Positions 1 to 13,600 of a DNA stretch of 51,166 nt are shown here, one piece after another. The notes beneath the pieces were generated by a model, which saw nothing but the letters and a program-made list of their open reading frames with translations, was not told the origin of the DNA and did no database searches. The position numbers and the translations under genes are program-made. Positions within the stretch are counted from its first letter, which is position 1, and every line of letters starts with the position of its first letter. The DNA is from Phoronis australis (lineage: Eukaryota; Animalia; Phoronida): the NCBI GenBank assembly GCA_002633005.1, contig NMRA01000366.1, positions 393,803 to 444,968 on the forward strand. Reading direction: 5' to 3'.

Positions 1-52
1 GCCGGACAAAATGTTGGGGTCCCCCCCTTGTGATATCCTAGATCCGCCACTG
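1..52. mobile_element. Right end of a hAT-like non-autonomous element, truncated by the window edge; same family as 44820-45839
   Basis: GCCGGACAAAATGTTGGGG..CCCCCTTGTGATATCCTAGATCCGCCACTG is nearly identical to 45788-45839 and ends in the ...GATCCGCCACTG terminal inverted repeat. Confidence 0.8.
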
Positions 53-211
53 TGAAAAGACAGGACACTATCGTAAACAAAAGTCATCGACAGTCAGTAG
101 AAAGATGCATTGCGCCGAAAAACGCGCAATCACAATTTCTAGGCTTCACATTTCCTGAACATAAATTTAAAGCACCGAACAAATGACCCAAATTGCAATA
201 ACTGCACTGAT

Positions 212-520
212 CAGGGGCGTATCCAGGATTTTGAGTTAGGGGAGGGGGGCAGGGCACAACCAAATTTTCGGCAGATGCGCGCGCCCAGCCTAAAATGTAG
301 GAATGCAGGGGTCTCAAATTTTTGGGTTTGCGGACCTTCTGACTAAAAAGAACGGTAAACGGGGTTTGTTCAGGGCCTATGCATTGTTTATTCACCCCCC
401 GAGCCCCCCTGGGTGCGCGCATGTGCTAGTCAGCAATTCGCACCCGAACTGCCAAATGGTATCTGGTAGAATTTTTTGGGGGCATGACCTCCTTGCCCAC
501 CCCCCCTAAATCCGCCACTG
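212..520. mobile_element. hAT-like MITE with 5-bp TSD (CTGAT)
   Basis: Starts CAGGGGCGTATCCAGG and ends CCTAAATCCGCCACTG (imperfect TIR). CTGAT is directly repeated at 207-211 and 521-525. Confidence 0.8.
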
Positions 521-799
521 CTGATTAACCCGATTTTGATAATTTTTCAATTTTTATTGAGTGGGATGCATTAGCTTTCCGATTATATTGAAGCTTTTTT
601 GCAAAACAAAAAAAAATTGCAAATATAGTAATTCAAATGAAAAGTAATCTACTGGCTAGTTATCTAGCACTAAATGTTTCCGACAGTGTCCGTCGATATA
701 TATCTGCCATTTTGAACGTTAGGTTTCAATACTAGCCCAAGGCCTATCACTACTAGCTTCCGCAAAGCGACGGCATGCAGTTTGGAATACTATATAAAG

Positions 800-1022
800 G
801 TTCCCTAATCCTGGTTTACAGCCATACTCTGGTCGAAGACTGTCAACTTCGAAGCAGTTCACAAAAAATGTTCGCCACATATTACCGAATACGGCGACGC
901 TTTTATCGTGGACTTTACAAAGTCCTCCCACCTGCGACGCAGTCTTGGATCAGTTGGAAACTTGTGCAGATACCACAGTCCGTGGCGTATTGACAGCCTC
1001 CAACTATACAAGGGTCCGGCAT
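800..1022 (-). pseudogene. Frameshifted THAP zinc-finger fragment (DNA transposon relic, Kolobok/P-like)
   Basis: Manual translation across two frameshifts gives MPDPCIVGGCQY../LHKFPTDPRLRRRWEDFVKS..SVICGEHF/VNCFEVD, matching the THAP C-x4-C...FP...W...C-x2-HF pattern. Element ends not resolved. Confidence 0.7.
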
Positions 1023-1906
1023 TCTTCTTCAAATGTTTACTCCAGCTAAATTTAAAAATCTTAATTGGAAAAAAAATCTAAATTCGAAGACTCGACAATG
1101 ATCGGGTCACGTCCCTGGCGTGACGCATTTTCCGAAGATAGCCGAAGTTGAAAATATTGTTCTCAAAATTTTGTGGGGAAGTGGGAGTGTTTTTTAAACC
1201 AATTATAGACGAATATGTGGGATGAAATAAAAAGAAATGTGCTTCATAAGCAAACTTTATTAACAGTCAACACATGTGTATACATATAAACAACTACTAA
1301 ATAGCTTTCAACCGCTCACTTTAAGTCGGTTTTTAAAATTGACCAACTATAACATCTCTGCAACTGATTGACGGGCCAATTATTATTTAGTTGAGCCAAA
1401 GGATTGAGTTTTGAGTACGTATGCAGTTCCGCAGGTAAGGAGTATACAGAAACGAATGCGTATTTACAAATTATTTATGAACGCATATTTTGATTAAACA
1501 ATCAATGTATACCGTCTCTGTTCGAGGTAAGGCTGATGTGAGTAAACAGAGAATATGAAAATCGCGCGAAACCCCGCGTGCACGACAAAACATGGGTGCA
1601 CCGCGAAGTGAGGCTCGGAAACTCGGAGATGGGCAATTAGTCGAATGCAAGCATTAACTCGAACGGATGGATAAAATAATTAAATAAATTAAACTCGTTA
1701 TATCTCCAACAATTTGTAGGCTAACAGCGCCCACTATCGTTACAACTAATTAAAACAAGAGTTGCCAGCACTCAGACAGTATAGATAAAAGCACTAAAAT
1801 TAGGTTCCAACGAATTCCCGTATATTAATCATAAATGACCAGAAATGTGTGCTGGACTTTGGATTCACGTTTTGTGACTGTGTAAGATGTCGTGAGATCT
1901 GCGTGG

Positions 1907-4698
1907 TCACGTAAATTGACACATTTTCTTATTGTAATATTCGAACTTTTTGTCGTATTTTTCTCCTTGCAAGCATCTTCCAAGACTAACGTCACATTCG
2001 CAAAGCATGTTTCGACATTTATTGTAGTGATCTTCTACGGGGTAATCAGATGGTAGTTCTGAAAAGAGACGAATAATATAATCACATAGCATGCAACACA
2101 AAGTGACTGATGTATCCCCATAAAAATTGTTACGAGAAACACGTTTGATTACCGGAGACTACGTGTAGTCACACGGGGAATTGGCGGTCTGGGCCATTTA
2201 TAATGGTCCTCGCTGGCTGATCTAAGATGTCACCAGAGTGGCAACTACAATTACTGTCCGTGATAGCTCTAAAATGCTATACCCTTGTCTTTTCTCTGAA
2301 CCAGACAATGCCACTTACTGCATTTTGCTTCCTTATCTTTACAGGAAAATGTCTTATAGCTGGCAAAATACTCCGACATGGACTTGCACTTCACGTGGTT
2401 GTATATGAGGCCATAACATTCATCGTGCTCTTTGCAACACCTGAAACACACACAAATGTAACCATAAGTAGAATGTGGTTGTAACGCCCCATAGCTGCTG
2501 GCATTTGCCACACTTGTATCGATTTACAGCACAGAAACGGAAAGCAAGGACTACGGACGGGCAGCAATGCAGACCATAGGCTCACCTGCACATTTCCTTA
2601 TTCATAAATCATCACGATTTTGGGGGATGCATTTTCGAATATGAACTGATGCATAACACCAGGAAGGCATTACCATGCAATGCCTTCCTGATAACACGCA
2701 GTCATTTTGTCGCCGAACTTCGCACAAGAACAAAACAAGACGGTAAAGGACAGTGCTCATTAGTTCATACGGGTCAAAGTAAAAAAGTCGCTCTTTGCAC
2801 GGTCAATAGGGAAGTGATTACTTTTGATCCCTTGAGTCCGCGAACGTCTGCTTCATAAAAGTAAACATATAAAATCACCAGTGTATGTAAGTCATTTCGT
2901 AATGGTCTTACTGGTCTATGTTGTCAACAGGAACACCTGCTCCGCCAAGTCCGCAGTAACACCCGTAGTTGGAAAGACCGCCTGCTAGACGTAACTTTGG
3001 CACTGCGCATGACAGGGTGCGGTAAAGGTTGACAATCGACCTCTTGTGCCGAGAAACTGGAATAAAACAACCATAACGAAAGAATTAACAATAAGTCGGA
3101 CAAACATCGAAACATGTTTTCGTTTTCTCTTCGTGAAGGGTTTTTACACAGAAAAGGCTGGTATGGTCACTTATGCTCCACCGTCCAAACGCTCTCGTCA
3201 TCCACTGTACGCGTGCGGACATTTTCATTCTTCACTTGAATTTAAAAAAATCCAGTTTTTATTGCAGTCCTAAATATTTTCATGAAACACAGCCTTAAAA
3301 AACGGTGGTTTTTGTGACAACGGAGTCCATCACGCGGTAGATTATTACTTTCCCGATCACTGGCCTACACCGAGTCATATTTCTCTCAGTTTCATCTTGA
3401 AAATTAAAACTTCCGCGCGTCGACATGTTTTAAACATCACGTATCTGAACTGTACATGAAGGCTGACAATCTTTCTTTCAGAAATACCTAACAATACACG
3501 ACACATTTTCAGCACCCCTTATAGAGAACTGTTAGCCGGGTTTCTCTCGCGCGTTTCTGTTTAAATAAAGTGTTTAACGGAGCTTTCACATCCGACTTGT
3601 GTGTAATCGCGCAGGTATTATGCTTTAGTTTTAAAGACATGTGGATCTGAATGTTTGCATTATGCATTGTGTTTTAGTGTGTACCCTGGATACGACCCGT
3701 GACTTAGTCACGAGTTAGTCTCATCGTGGCAAAGGCGTTAGTACTCCATAAATCACACTGAAGCTAGTCAGTAAATAACAAAGGTCAAACGTTAATCACA
3801 TGCATTGAAAGAAAATTTATTACTGATCTTCATATAGCATTGCACAATCGGCGGAATAGCTTTCAATCGCACCGCGTTACGACAAATCTTCCCGGTTAGG
3901 AAAATGTCCAAATTTCTCTTTGTTAGGAACATATCTTCGAAATTTCTTATCGGATTCACAAGAAACGTTCAGGTGTTGTGCTTGATATACTGTTCTCCAA
4001 ACCAATGTTAGGTATTGTCTTTAAAATGTTCCACTTTTGCATGACGGAGTGTTTTTACGCGGAACTTACATAACAGTGGAAATCTCATTGTTTCCCAGAA
4101 GCACAGAAATCGAGTCAAAACACAGCCGTAATAGTAGACGAGTACTCCCCCTCAACGTTAACCCAGCCGTGTCTATAAAATAGTCTGTACCCATAAATGT
4201 ATGTATGTGATTGAAAGACGTCATCAAGCAATGTAAGCCCTACTACTATCACAGTATCATACTCCGATTTAGAGAACCGGGGGTCATGTTGTTTCTCACC
4301 CGTGATACCTATTATTGTTAAAACAGTCTGCATCCGCAAATGATGTAGACCGTTTCGCCAGATTTCTTAAGTAGCCCAAATTCCGCAAGGGTAACAACCA
4401 GGTATCAAGACAAACAACCTCATTTTCTTCACGTGAAACTGTGGCAGCTCATACTTCATTTTATATTCACGGGTTCGTATCTAATTAATGTATTATGTGA
4501 CAGAAGAGGACAAAAGACAGTTCCTAACCTTGACCCAGAAAAGGAGCTCTGTGATGAACTCGAAATTAGATCAGTTGTAAAGTGACACATACCTCTCAGC
4601 GACTGAGATCTGTTGATATCAAGGCTTCCTGGATCCGCCCGAACGACAACAGTTGCCAAAAAACTGGAAATTATGACCGTGACTGTTGTCAGTCGCAT
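1907..4698 (-). CDS. Secreted phospholipase A2 (group I-like), 4 coding exons, 174-aa prepro-protein
   Basis: Exons 4593-4698 (signal peptide MRLTTVTVIISSFLATVVVRA), 2912-3056 (RHKR|SIVNLYRTLSC...NYGCYCGLGGAGVPVDNID, Ca2+ loop), 2319-2440 (CCKEHDECYG, catalytic His-Asp) and 1907-2058 (LCECD, ends TGA). All introns are GT-AG with compatible phases; total 525 bp. Minus-strand AATAAA near 1256-1261. Confidence 0.93.
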
Positions 4699-5489
4699 CT
4701 TTGGGTTGGAATCATCAGTTTCTAAAGCCGTCAACTGACATAAAATACAGCAAACTAGCTCTCCAAACCAAACCGTAAAACTTCTACGTCGCCATTGTTT
4801 GGTAAGGCGACAGTAGACTGATCGGCATTTTATTGATCGAGGCAAAACGTAATACAATAGATGGAGCTTGAACAAACGTTTGAATGCTCTTGCACTGGGA
4901 AGTACCTGGAATGACGTCAGTGGGCGAGTCCATGACGAGTAAATGGGTACTAGTAGGGCTAAGCTGCGAGGATGAGTTCAAAAAGTAAGTCAATAAAACG
5001 TTTATTTTAAATCGGTGTGGGTAAAGACAACAAAAGAAAATATAAGCACAGGTGCTAGTTACCGATAAAATACTTGTGTAGAGAGTTATTCACAGAGAGT
5101 TATAGGAGAATATATACAGTAAGAACATAAGAACTATGTAAACAAGCATTGTCAAAACCCAATAATTTCAAAATGAAATAAAAGACATGACGCAACATCG
5201 GATACAGCTCTGGCACTAACAGTTTTCTCGTAGGAAAGTCGAGATGATGAATTGAAAATTTGTCAGGTCATTGCACCATCTTGCACTTTCTTGTGTCACG
5301 TTATCTGTTTGAGTGCGAAAAACTAATTCGAATTGCTCGTCAAATTTTCCGCATACAGTACTTCATTTCCCTCAATATCTTGACTAACTCATCTAACTAT
5401 GACCTCAACAGAAAGAATTAAAACACGCCTGCAAAGTTACACAGATGGGGAAGAAGACGAAAATCTTGTTGAAGCGCTTCTGAGGGCCA

Positions 5490-5741
5490 ATGGCGTTCTC
5501 ATATGACAAGATCATCTTGTCATATGAGAACGCCAAATTTATTGAACCACATATTACCAACATCACGGCGAAATACGAGGATGTCATAGGTAACAAAGAC
5601 AGTGAGATTGTATCATTGAAAGCTGAAGTGGGTCAACTCAAACTTGACCTCGATTTTCAAGAACAATACAGCAGAAGAGAATGTGTCATTGTAAGTGGAA
5701 AGAAGACGAAAACGAGGACAAGTTATCACCAAGGTAATTAG
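5490..5741 (+). mobile_element. LINE (CR1/L2-like) ORF1 fragment
   Basis: Coiled-coil-like segment followed by LDFQEQYSRRECVIVSG, matching the LEQYSRRNC motif typical of these ORF1 proteins and seen again at ~38640-38680. Confidence 0.6.
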
Positions 5742-6402
5742 ACCTAGCATTGGCAAAAAGCTAGACAGTGACACGCAAAGACATAAGCAGAGACCACAGA
5801 CTAGGAAAACCATCTGCAAATAAAACCAGAAACCTTATCTGTAAATTCATTACTTAAGGGCAGAGTTAGATTTCTGCCCACGCCCGACTCCCCACTTTTC
5901 GGGTAACAACAAAGATAGACAAAACCAGTTGTTGTAAGTATCGACCCTCGAGTATTGTTTTAGTCAAAGATATAATTAAAAAGTGTAGTTCTTTTTGAAA
6001 GTGTTGGGTGTGGTGAGAAGCGTCAATGGAATGTCCATGAANGTGTCATTGTAAGTGGAAAGAAGACGAAAACGAGGACAAGTTATCACCAAGGTAATTA
6101 GACCTAGCATTGGCAAAAAGCTAGACAGTGACACGCAAAGACATAAGCAGAGACCACAGACTAGGAAAACCATCTGCAAATAAAACCAGAAACCTTATCT
6201 GTAAATTCATTACTTAAGGGCAGAGTTAGATTTCTGCCCACGCCCGACTCCCCCACTTTTCGGGTAACAACAAAGATAGACAAAACCAGTTGTTGTAAGT
6301 ATCGACCCTCGAGTATTGTTTTAGTCAAAGATATAATTAAAAAGTGTAGTTCTTTTTGAAAGTGTTGGGTGTGGTGATAAGCGTCAATGGAATGTCCATG
6401 AA
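5683..6402. repeat. ~360-bp direct duplication joined by a single N (probable assembly overlap)
   Basis: 5683-6041 and 6043-6402 differ only by a 1-bp C-run indel and one G/T substitution that I could find. The only N in the window (6042) sits exactly at the junction. Confidence 0.9.
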
Positions 6403-7676
6403 TGGGCGGTAAATATAGAGGGAGAAGACAAATCGATGACAGTTGCACCCTCTTTGACACTGCTCAACACTGTAGCAAATCCTAAACCTCAACGCCATAG
6501 ATTTTCGGGAACACTAGGGAGCAGGCACCTGGTGGATAGTTCATATAAGATGTGTTAGGAGGCCCCTAAAAATCCTGTTTTATTTTTACTTTTTATTACA
6601 CACTTGCGTGCCTGTAAAAAAACACTTTCAAGATCACCAAAAACAATGGCGAATTTCAATATCACTAACGACAATACCACGACAAAACCTCAGCCACTGA
6701 TAACAGGACAACAGTACACATGGGCCAAACTGTGCCTTGTGTCATCGCCGCGGTGTTATTTGTGTAATTTAAAATGTATTTGCGTGCGCACTTTACCTTC
6801 CACATGACAATGACTGGAATTTTAGCGAAACGTAAGCCGTTACCCATCGGCGTTCATCCGCTGTCGCGTCAATGCGATTCTCTTGTGACTCGTCTTGCTT
6901 TCATATCTTAGTGTCCAGCACTTCCCTGCCTATTTCTTTTTTACATGTCTTTATGTGTATGCAATCAAATAACCGACTAGATGCACGTACGCCATGCAGC
7001 TGCAGCCGTTCGCTAGCACTCACGTGTTTACAAAGTGCGATATTCTCTGTTACCAAGAATGGGGGACCGATAAGGTTTTGACTTGAGACTAAATCAACGT
7101 GCAACTGCGGCTCTCCTATTCGTTTGTCAACTTCAGTCTAATTCAGTATTTTAGTTTCATGAAATTGGATGAGATTTGCACCTGAACATGCCTTTTTGTA
7201 GGGTGCAGGCGACTTTTTTAACATAAAACGAGCAAAAGTAAAAACAGCAACTTTTCAAGGAGGATGCGATGACGTGTTGAGTGCAACATCACCTGCTGCC
7301 GAAGGCTGACCTCATGTTCTTTAAATAGAAAAGTGGATACTGAGAAGGACTCTTCTATGTCGCTGCCAGGTCGTGAACTAGATCAACATTTTCTCAAGTA
7401 GATGACGACAAAATGTTCGGTACCGTTCTTTCTTCCTCTATTTTTGGATAGTTTGCAACTGTAGATCGCCTCAAGAAGACGTCCAGGTTTCGGTCTATCA
7501 AGTGCTTTTGAAGTCTACATAACGACAATTAATGTCTTTACTGTTTCAGGAGTCTGAATGCAGAGAGTGAAAGAGAGACTCAAAAATACCCAAGGAAGTT
7601 TGCCTACTTTTTGGAAGGTATTAAAACACTTTTGGAGGGTTCCACTTGCTTCACTTGTCAGAGAAACAACACAGCC

Positions 7677-10600
7677 ATGCAAAAAGGACAAAGGGCAAAT
7701 ATGACAAAACTGTGTGAGAAGAGATCACTCAAGATACCCGTTTTCCTCCTATTTTCATCATTTCTGTTTCCACTTGTGAAGGCATGGAACACTGGAAGAT
7801 CATCTGCCAAACTGGTCAATAACGGATACGAGGGTATTGTGATCGCAATTCATGAGTCCACGAACGAGGACTCGCATCTACTTCAACGAATACAGGTAAG
7901 TGTATAACGAAAAAGAATGCATTTTTTGTTTTAATTTATTCTCTAGCTATTCATACATTAATATGCTAGGGTAAAGTTTTTATCAAGTCTGAAGTCTCTA
8001 TCTTTGCATTAAAAGCAGTCAAAACTCATGTTCGCCAAACCAACCATTGGAATTTAAAAGACAGTAAGACGTGTGACAGTCGTGCGCATTAGCTATTGCC
8101 TGGTAACACGCAGAGTGAGTCGACAGGCTACCTCCAGAACTATCGAAGGCGGTAAGTGAAGATAAGGCCAAAAAACAAAAAAATAGATACGTGCGGCGAT
8201 ACCAACATGCACTATTTTCTGTGGCCAAACATAGAGGCAATCCTTAAATTCGCCATTGAATCGAACTTGGTCGGCATGAGATTATTTAAATAACTATGTT
8301 GTTGTTACAGAGGGTTTTCACACAAGCATCAAGAACTCTGTATGAAGCCTCTAGGAGGCGCGCATACTTCAAGAGAATTACCGTTCTAATTCCCACCACA
8401 TGGAGAGACGAAGGTCGGTACAAGCACGTGCGTCAAGAAACGTTTTACAACGCTGATATAAGGTAGGCGTAACACGTTTAGAAACACCTCTTCTGAAATT
8501 ATTGCATCGGAGTAAGTCAATTTGTTAATGTTTCGAATTTTACTTTATACTTGATCGACAGTGACATTTCAAGCAGCAAGCCTGCATATCGTAAACCGAA
8601 CGTTTTCAAGTTCTTTGTCAGATGGGTGCTGCTATGTCTAGACAGTATTGCTTTTTGGTCAAAATTGCGAAAATCATGAGACGAAACTGCTTTTTGTCAT
8701 GAACCATAACTACATTAAAATGTAACCGGAGGTTCACTGCACACGAGTGGTAGTAAACAAAGCAGGATTTTTCACAGAGTAGATCCACGCACGAATCCAA
8801 GCGTGCCACCGCACAACCCCTACGTGATGGGATCAGGGCGCTGTGAGCAGGGTAACTTCATGCACCTTACACCCAAGTACCTTACAGATGAACATTTTGC
8901 CCAGGCGCATTGGGGACCCTACGGTAAGTTAATGAAACACGAGGAAGTAGTGCGCCGAGTCTTACTTTATTTTAGAACTTTTCACACTTTTTGACAGTTA
9001 GACTCTAAACCGTGCGTCCAGAGAGGAAATATTACGAAGATAACCTGGAACAACACTAGCGGATCCAGGGAGGCCAACCATAACTTTTGAACGCAACATG
9101 TTAGTTGGAGACGGACTTGTTTGTTCAAACACTCAGGAAAGGGAACCGCCCACCCTCTCTAAATCAAAGCTTTTCCAAACATTTACTACACGGAAAAAAT
9201 GTGGCGACATCTCATATATTCATGAATCAGGAAAATGTTGAAGACATCACGGATTTATTGAAGGCAATGTAAGACGTATGAAAATCTCAGTGGCTACTCT
9301 TCGTCTTCCAGACAAAACCATCGTGCACGAATGGGCGCATTTGAGGTGGGGCGTGAAGGACGAGTATCCGACAACGCTGAGAGACAGATTTTATGTCACC
9401 TCGCACGGAAATGTTGAAGCAACGCGGTGGGTGTTCAGTCTAATTTCGTAATTTGTAACCCATCGTTTCATTGGCTGATCTTTGCCAAGAGAAAATTGCT
9501 TCAGCTTCTGTTAACTCTGTCATCAAAACCATGGAAAAGCGTTACAGGTCATGATTTCCCATTTTGTTATTTACAGCCGTTTGTAAACGCACCAATTCCT
9601 GTATTTGCGAGAATATTCCAAAAAAACTGATCCGAAATTACGCCACTGCACGGCTTGGAGACTTAGAGGAATCACCGTCAGTCATGTAAATCTTTCCAAT
9701 ACCAAAGAGAAACTAGTCTGTCTCATTGCTTTTGTCTTTTTTGGTTGAAGCCACGCAGGATACTGAGTTTTCAATAAACGTCAAACATCAAAAACTATTA
9801 TTTCACCTTCAACAACATGACGTCATACACACTACAGAACTTTTTATCCAAGTACATGTACCTCCAGAAAACATGAAGTACCTTCTCACGTGTCGTTTCT
9901 TGAAACCCTTTGCAGCTGTTCCAGGGAGGCGTCAGGAGTCTACCAAGTTCGTGATGGTCGCACAGGGAGATACTGGCGATGCCGACTGGACCCGCGGACT
10001 GGTCTGTACGAAAGAGGCTGTTTGTTTGTGTCATACGCACGATCATCAAACACGGCCTCCTTCATGTTTCGACACTACTTAGAAGCTGTAAGTTTGACAA
10101 AGGACTCGATGCAGCACACTTTTTCACGCAACGATTACCAAAAGATGTACCGGCAATATTTCTGAACTTGCATTCAGATAGTGCGAGACCAAATGATTAA
10201 AGTTAACGGCACTGATTTGTAGGAAGCCAGGTTACATTTAGCGAAGAAACATTTACAAACAAATGACCAAATGTAAACTTCTTGAGGACGGAATTACAAA
10301 CTACATTAAAAGCAAGTTGGCTGAAACGCAGTGCATCGAAGCATTCTACTATTACTATTTGCAACCGGGGGTTTGCTTTCACACCACTTTTGCCCCCCAC
10401 CACCTGCCTCCATCGTCATTTCTTTCGATTTATTACGCGAAACGATGCCTCAATACGCACCATTGAAAACCAAAGACGATATAAGAGAGGCCAAAATATT
10501 CAACCGAGACGGTACCTAAGGGTAGAAGACTAGCTCGAGATGATACCCGAGAGAACTACATACCCATCCGAGTTAGCGGCACGTCCTTAGTAACCCATCA

Positions 10601-13600
10601 TATAAGAGCCTTATCTTGAGTACGTCTCCACGACTGGCCGTCAAAATAAAAGTAAGTTTCCATCAATATGTTTGTTTTGATCCAAGTCCACATTCTTAAA
10701 GTTGCCTGTATTGACAAAATGTACAAATTATCGCATGTTTTTTCAGGTGACAGATTTTTGTGACAATAATCGTTTTAACCCCAGCAGTTACCACAACCGA
10801 GAAGCACCAAACAACCAAAACAGAATGTGCAAAGGTAACTCAAATGCAACAAAACTTCAGACGCTTCCGATTTCAAACTATTTCTAAAAACTTGAACAGA
10901 GACTCCTTGTTTTCAATCAACAATTCGAACGTTGTAGCCAAAGTTCTAAGGAAACCAAAATGGTCAACAGTCGTGTTTATGCTTGCATTAATGAGCGTAA
11001 CAAGCTTGCGGCAGCGAACACTGTTAAAAATATTTAAAACCACCATTTACTTGTGTTGTCTAGTGACTACATTTCATAATTGAACCTTCGTTTATAGCAG
11101 TGCATATCACAATCGTGAATTCAATATCTCACGACGAGAAAATAGAAGAAAAGCGACTTCAATTGAAAGTTTCTTAGCTCCACGCACACGAGTGTGACGA
11201 ATGAACGTACCCAGCGCCAGTGACATGTCCACCAACGCGAGAGTTTCTTATAGGCCTACAAACGTGTGCCACCAGCGTTCGAAATACACGCTGGCCCAGT
11301 AAACTTTCACATATACTGTAGGCCCTATGTGGACGTGGTCTCACATTCAAGTAACTGGCCCGGCGGGTCAGCACATTCATATACTGAAGCTCGAACACCG
11401 TGTGCCATATTCGCGCTCAGTCTTCGGTGTTCTGCGAGAAGTGGAAGAAGCGACAGCTTGGTCAAATATTTATTGTCGCAACCGTCTTAATGCAACTCCC
11501 CGCCATTCCTTATCACTATACCTTAAACTACGGGAAAACAAGCAGCAATATCTCACGTTTTCCACACTAAAGGCAATGGCTGATCACAAACGCTAAGATT
11601 GGTTGTGCCAAGTTTAGGTATAATGTTTCGATCAATAAATGCTCCTAACTCTACATCAGCTAATTAGCACATCGTGTTTGCCGGTGTTCTAATTGGACAG
11701 ATGATCGACTGGTGTTGTTTTTTGAGTTTTTGACATGAAATTGGTGGTTTAAGCCCCTTAATACACACTGGGCCAAATTTCATGTAGGAATTGGCGACAA
11801 TAAAAATGCAGATAGACTCGCAAAAAATAGGAGCAAGTGTCCTGCATGATGTGCTTGAAGCAGCTATCTTGATAACCGAGGATGCTGCAAGAAGAGTGTT
11901 CGCAACGGACATCTTTTATTTTTTGCCAACAGATCAAAAACTTTACTCAATAAGATCAAACGGAAGTTTCAAAAACGAGTGGGAATTGGATAACCCCATG
12001 TGTCCTGAGTGTGGTATTGATATTCAAACAACTAAACATCCTGTAGTGTCTATAAAGCCAACCGAAGCTACTCATCATCAGCGATTAATTGGACTACACC
12101 ATAACAAGCCTACAACATACAGTGCATGGCATCAAACTGAAAAGCTTGTGCATTTTCGTAGCAGAAACCAACAAACTTTATTCGCGAAAAAACCTGTTGA
12201 TCGGACCTCTCGTGATCGCGTTTAGTTCAGACGCACTGGTGTGGTCTGCGAACATCTGAAGCGGCCTCAGCAGACACCAGGCCGCATGTACTATTCTTTT
12301 CAAAGTAGCATGTCTGAAAACATTAGCTTTTGACATAACACTTCTGCTGAAGCTTGTATAAAGTAATCAGTATTATCTTCAAAAGGTCGCAGCGCTTGGG
12401 AGGTCATTTTGTCCCATAAAGATTTTACAAATGGAGCAAACCGACCTGTCGATGAAACTTCTTGGAGTCCACCTAGACCGACATTCAAATTCGTGAAAGA
12501 GCAACAAAAACGAATAGCCTTGGTAATGGACAAGAGCGGAAGTATGAAGGTAAGGGCTTCTAATTGAACTGTCACGAGAGGAAATTCTATTGTGAGCAAG
12601 GCTGAGGTTAGACTTTTCACACGGTATTCGCTGTCCAAGGATATTTGGCAAGACTAAAATGCCACTGGCGAACCTGGGATATACGGTGTCGTCGTTCACT
12701 TGTGAACTACGAGAAAATATGGGTAACAGTTCTAATCAAATGACAAAAGCTCATCGAAAGTTCAACGACAAGCACGGCAACTCAGACTACACTGACAACG
12801 TGTTAGCACTTTTTTCTCCGAAATATCAGTCATAAATGTTCTAGTACACATGCTGCCAAACCACGTGGCCACCTCTCGACGACCCACGTGCAGCTACGAA
12901 AAGCGAACATCATAGATGGACGCGACAACAACAAAAAAAAACAGTGAAACGTTACAGACACAGCGATAAAAACCTAATACCATTCTACTGTTTCAGGGAA
13001 ACCGTCTTTTCCAGTTACATGTCGCCTGTGCGAGTTATATAAACAATGTTATTGAAGACGGTGACTGGGTAGGTCTAGCTGCCTTCGAGTATAAATCATA
13101 CATTCTTCATAATCTGACAGAGATTGATGACAAAGCCAGGTCGAGTCTTATCGCCTCTCTCCCGAAGAAGGCCGAAGGAGGTACAAGCATCGGGGCAGGA
13201 CTCCGGCAGGGCCTGAACGTAAGTGCACGCATGCTGTCGTCCGTTATCTTTCCATAATGGGTCGATTCTCGTTTGCATTTTCTACACTGCAAGAGTTGAA
13301 ATAGTCGATTGCAAGTCTCTCAACACTGTCTTTGCTACACTACACCGGCCATGTAGTTTTGAAATGATTTTCAGTAATCCACTTACCACCCTCTTGAACC
13401 GTAAGTAGGGTTTCACCAGTGGTTTCACTCAATTACAACTTTTTCTGGAATTTAAAACAGGTTCAGTTGACAATTTGGATGAAAGACTTACATTTTGGTG
13501 AAATTAAGAAGGTGGCAAACTTATAACCTGTGAAACAGGCAAAGTCTCTTGAACTTTGCGTGGTAACACTCACCTAAAACACATGTACTGTACTGAATGA

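Noticed and set aside
2924-3115. ORF-track 63-aa ORF with an apparent signal peptide as the PLA2 start
   Set aside because: Its hydrophobic part is the intron polypyrimidine tract; the YGCYCG exon is in a different frame and splices in phase to the 4593-4698 exon.
4115-4339. ORF in PLA2 intron 1 (with a nearby YYYGC in another frame) as an extra PLA2 exon
   Set aside because: It lacks the CxCG continuation, and the gene is already complete and in frame without it.
11791-12225. 144-aa ORF in CLCA intron 6
   Set aside because: Not needed for the CLCA frame; [20 protein letters not shown] hints at a decayed LINE C-terminal zinc knuckle, but support is too weak to annotate.
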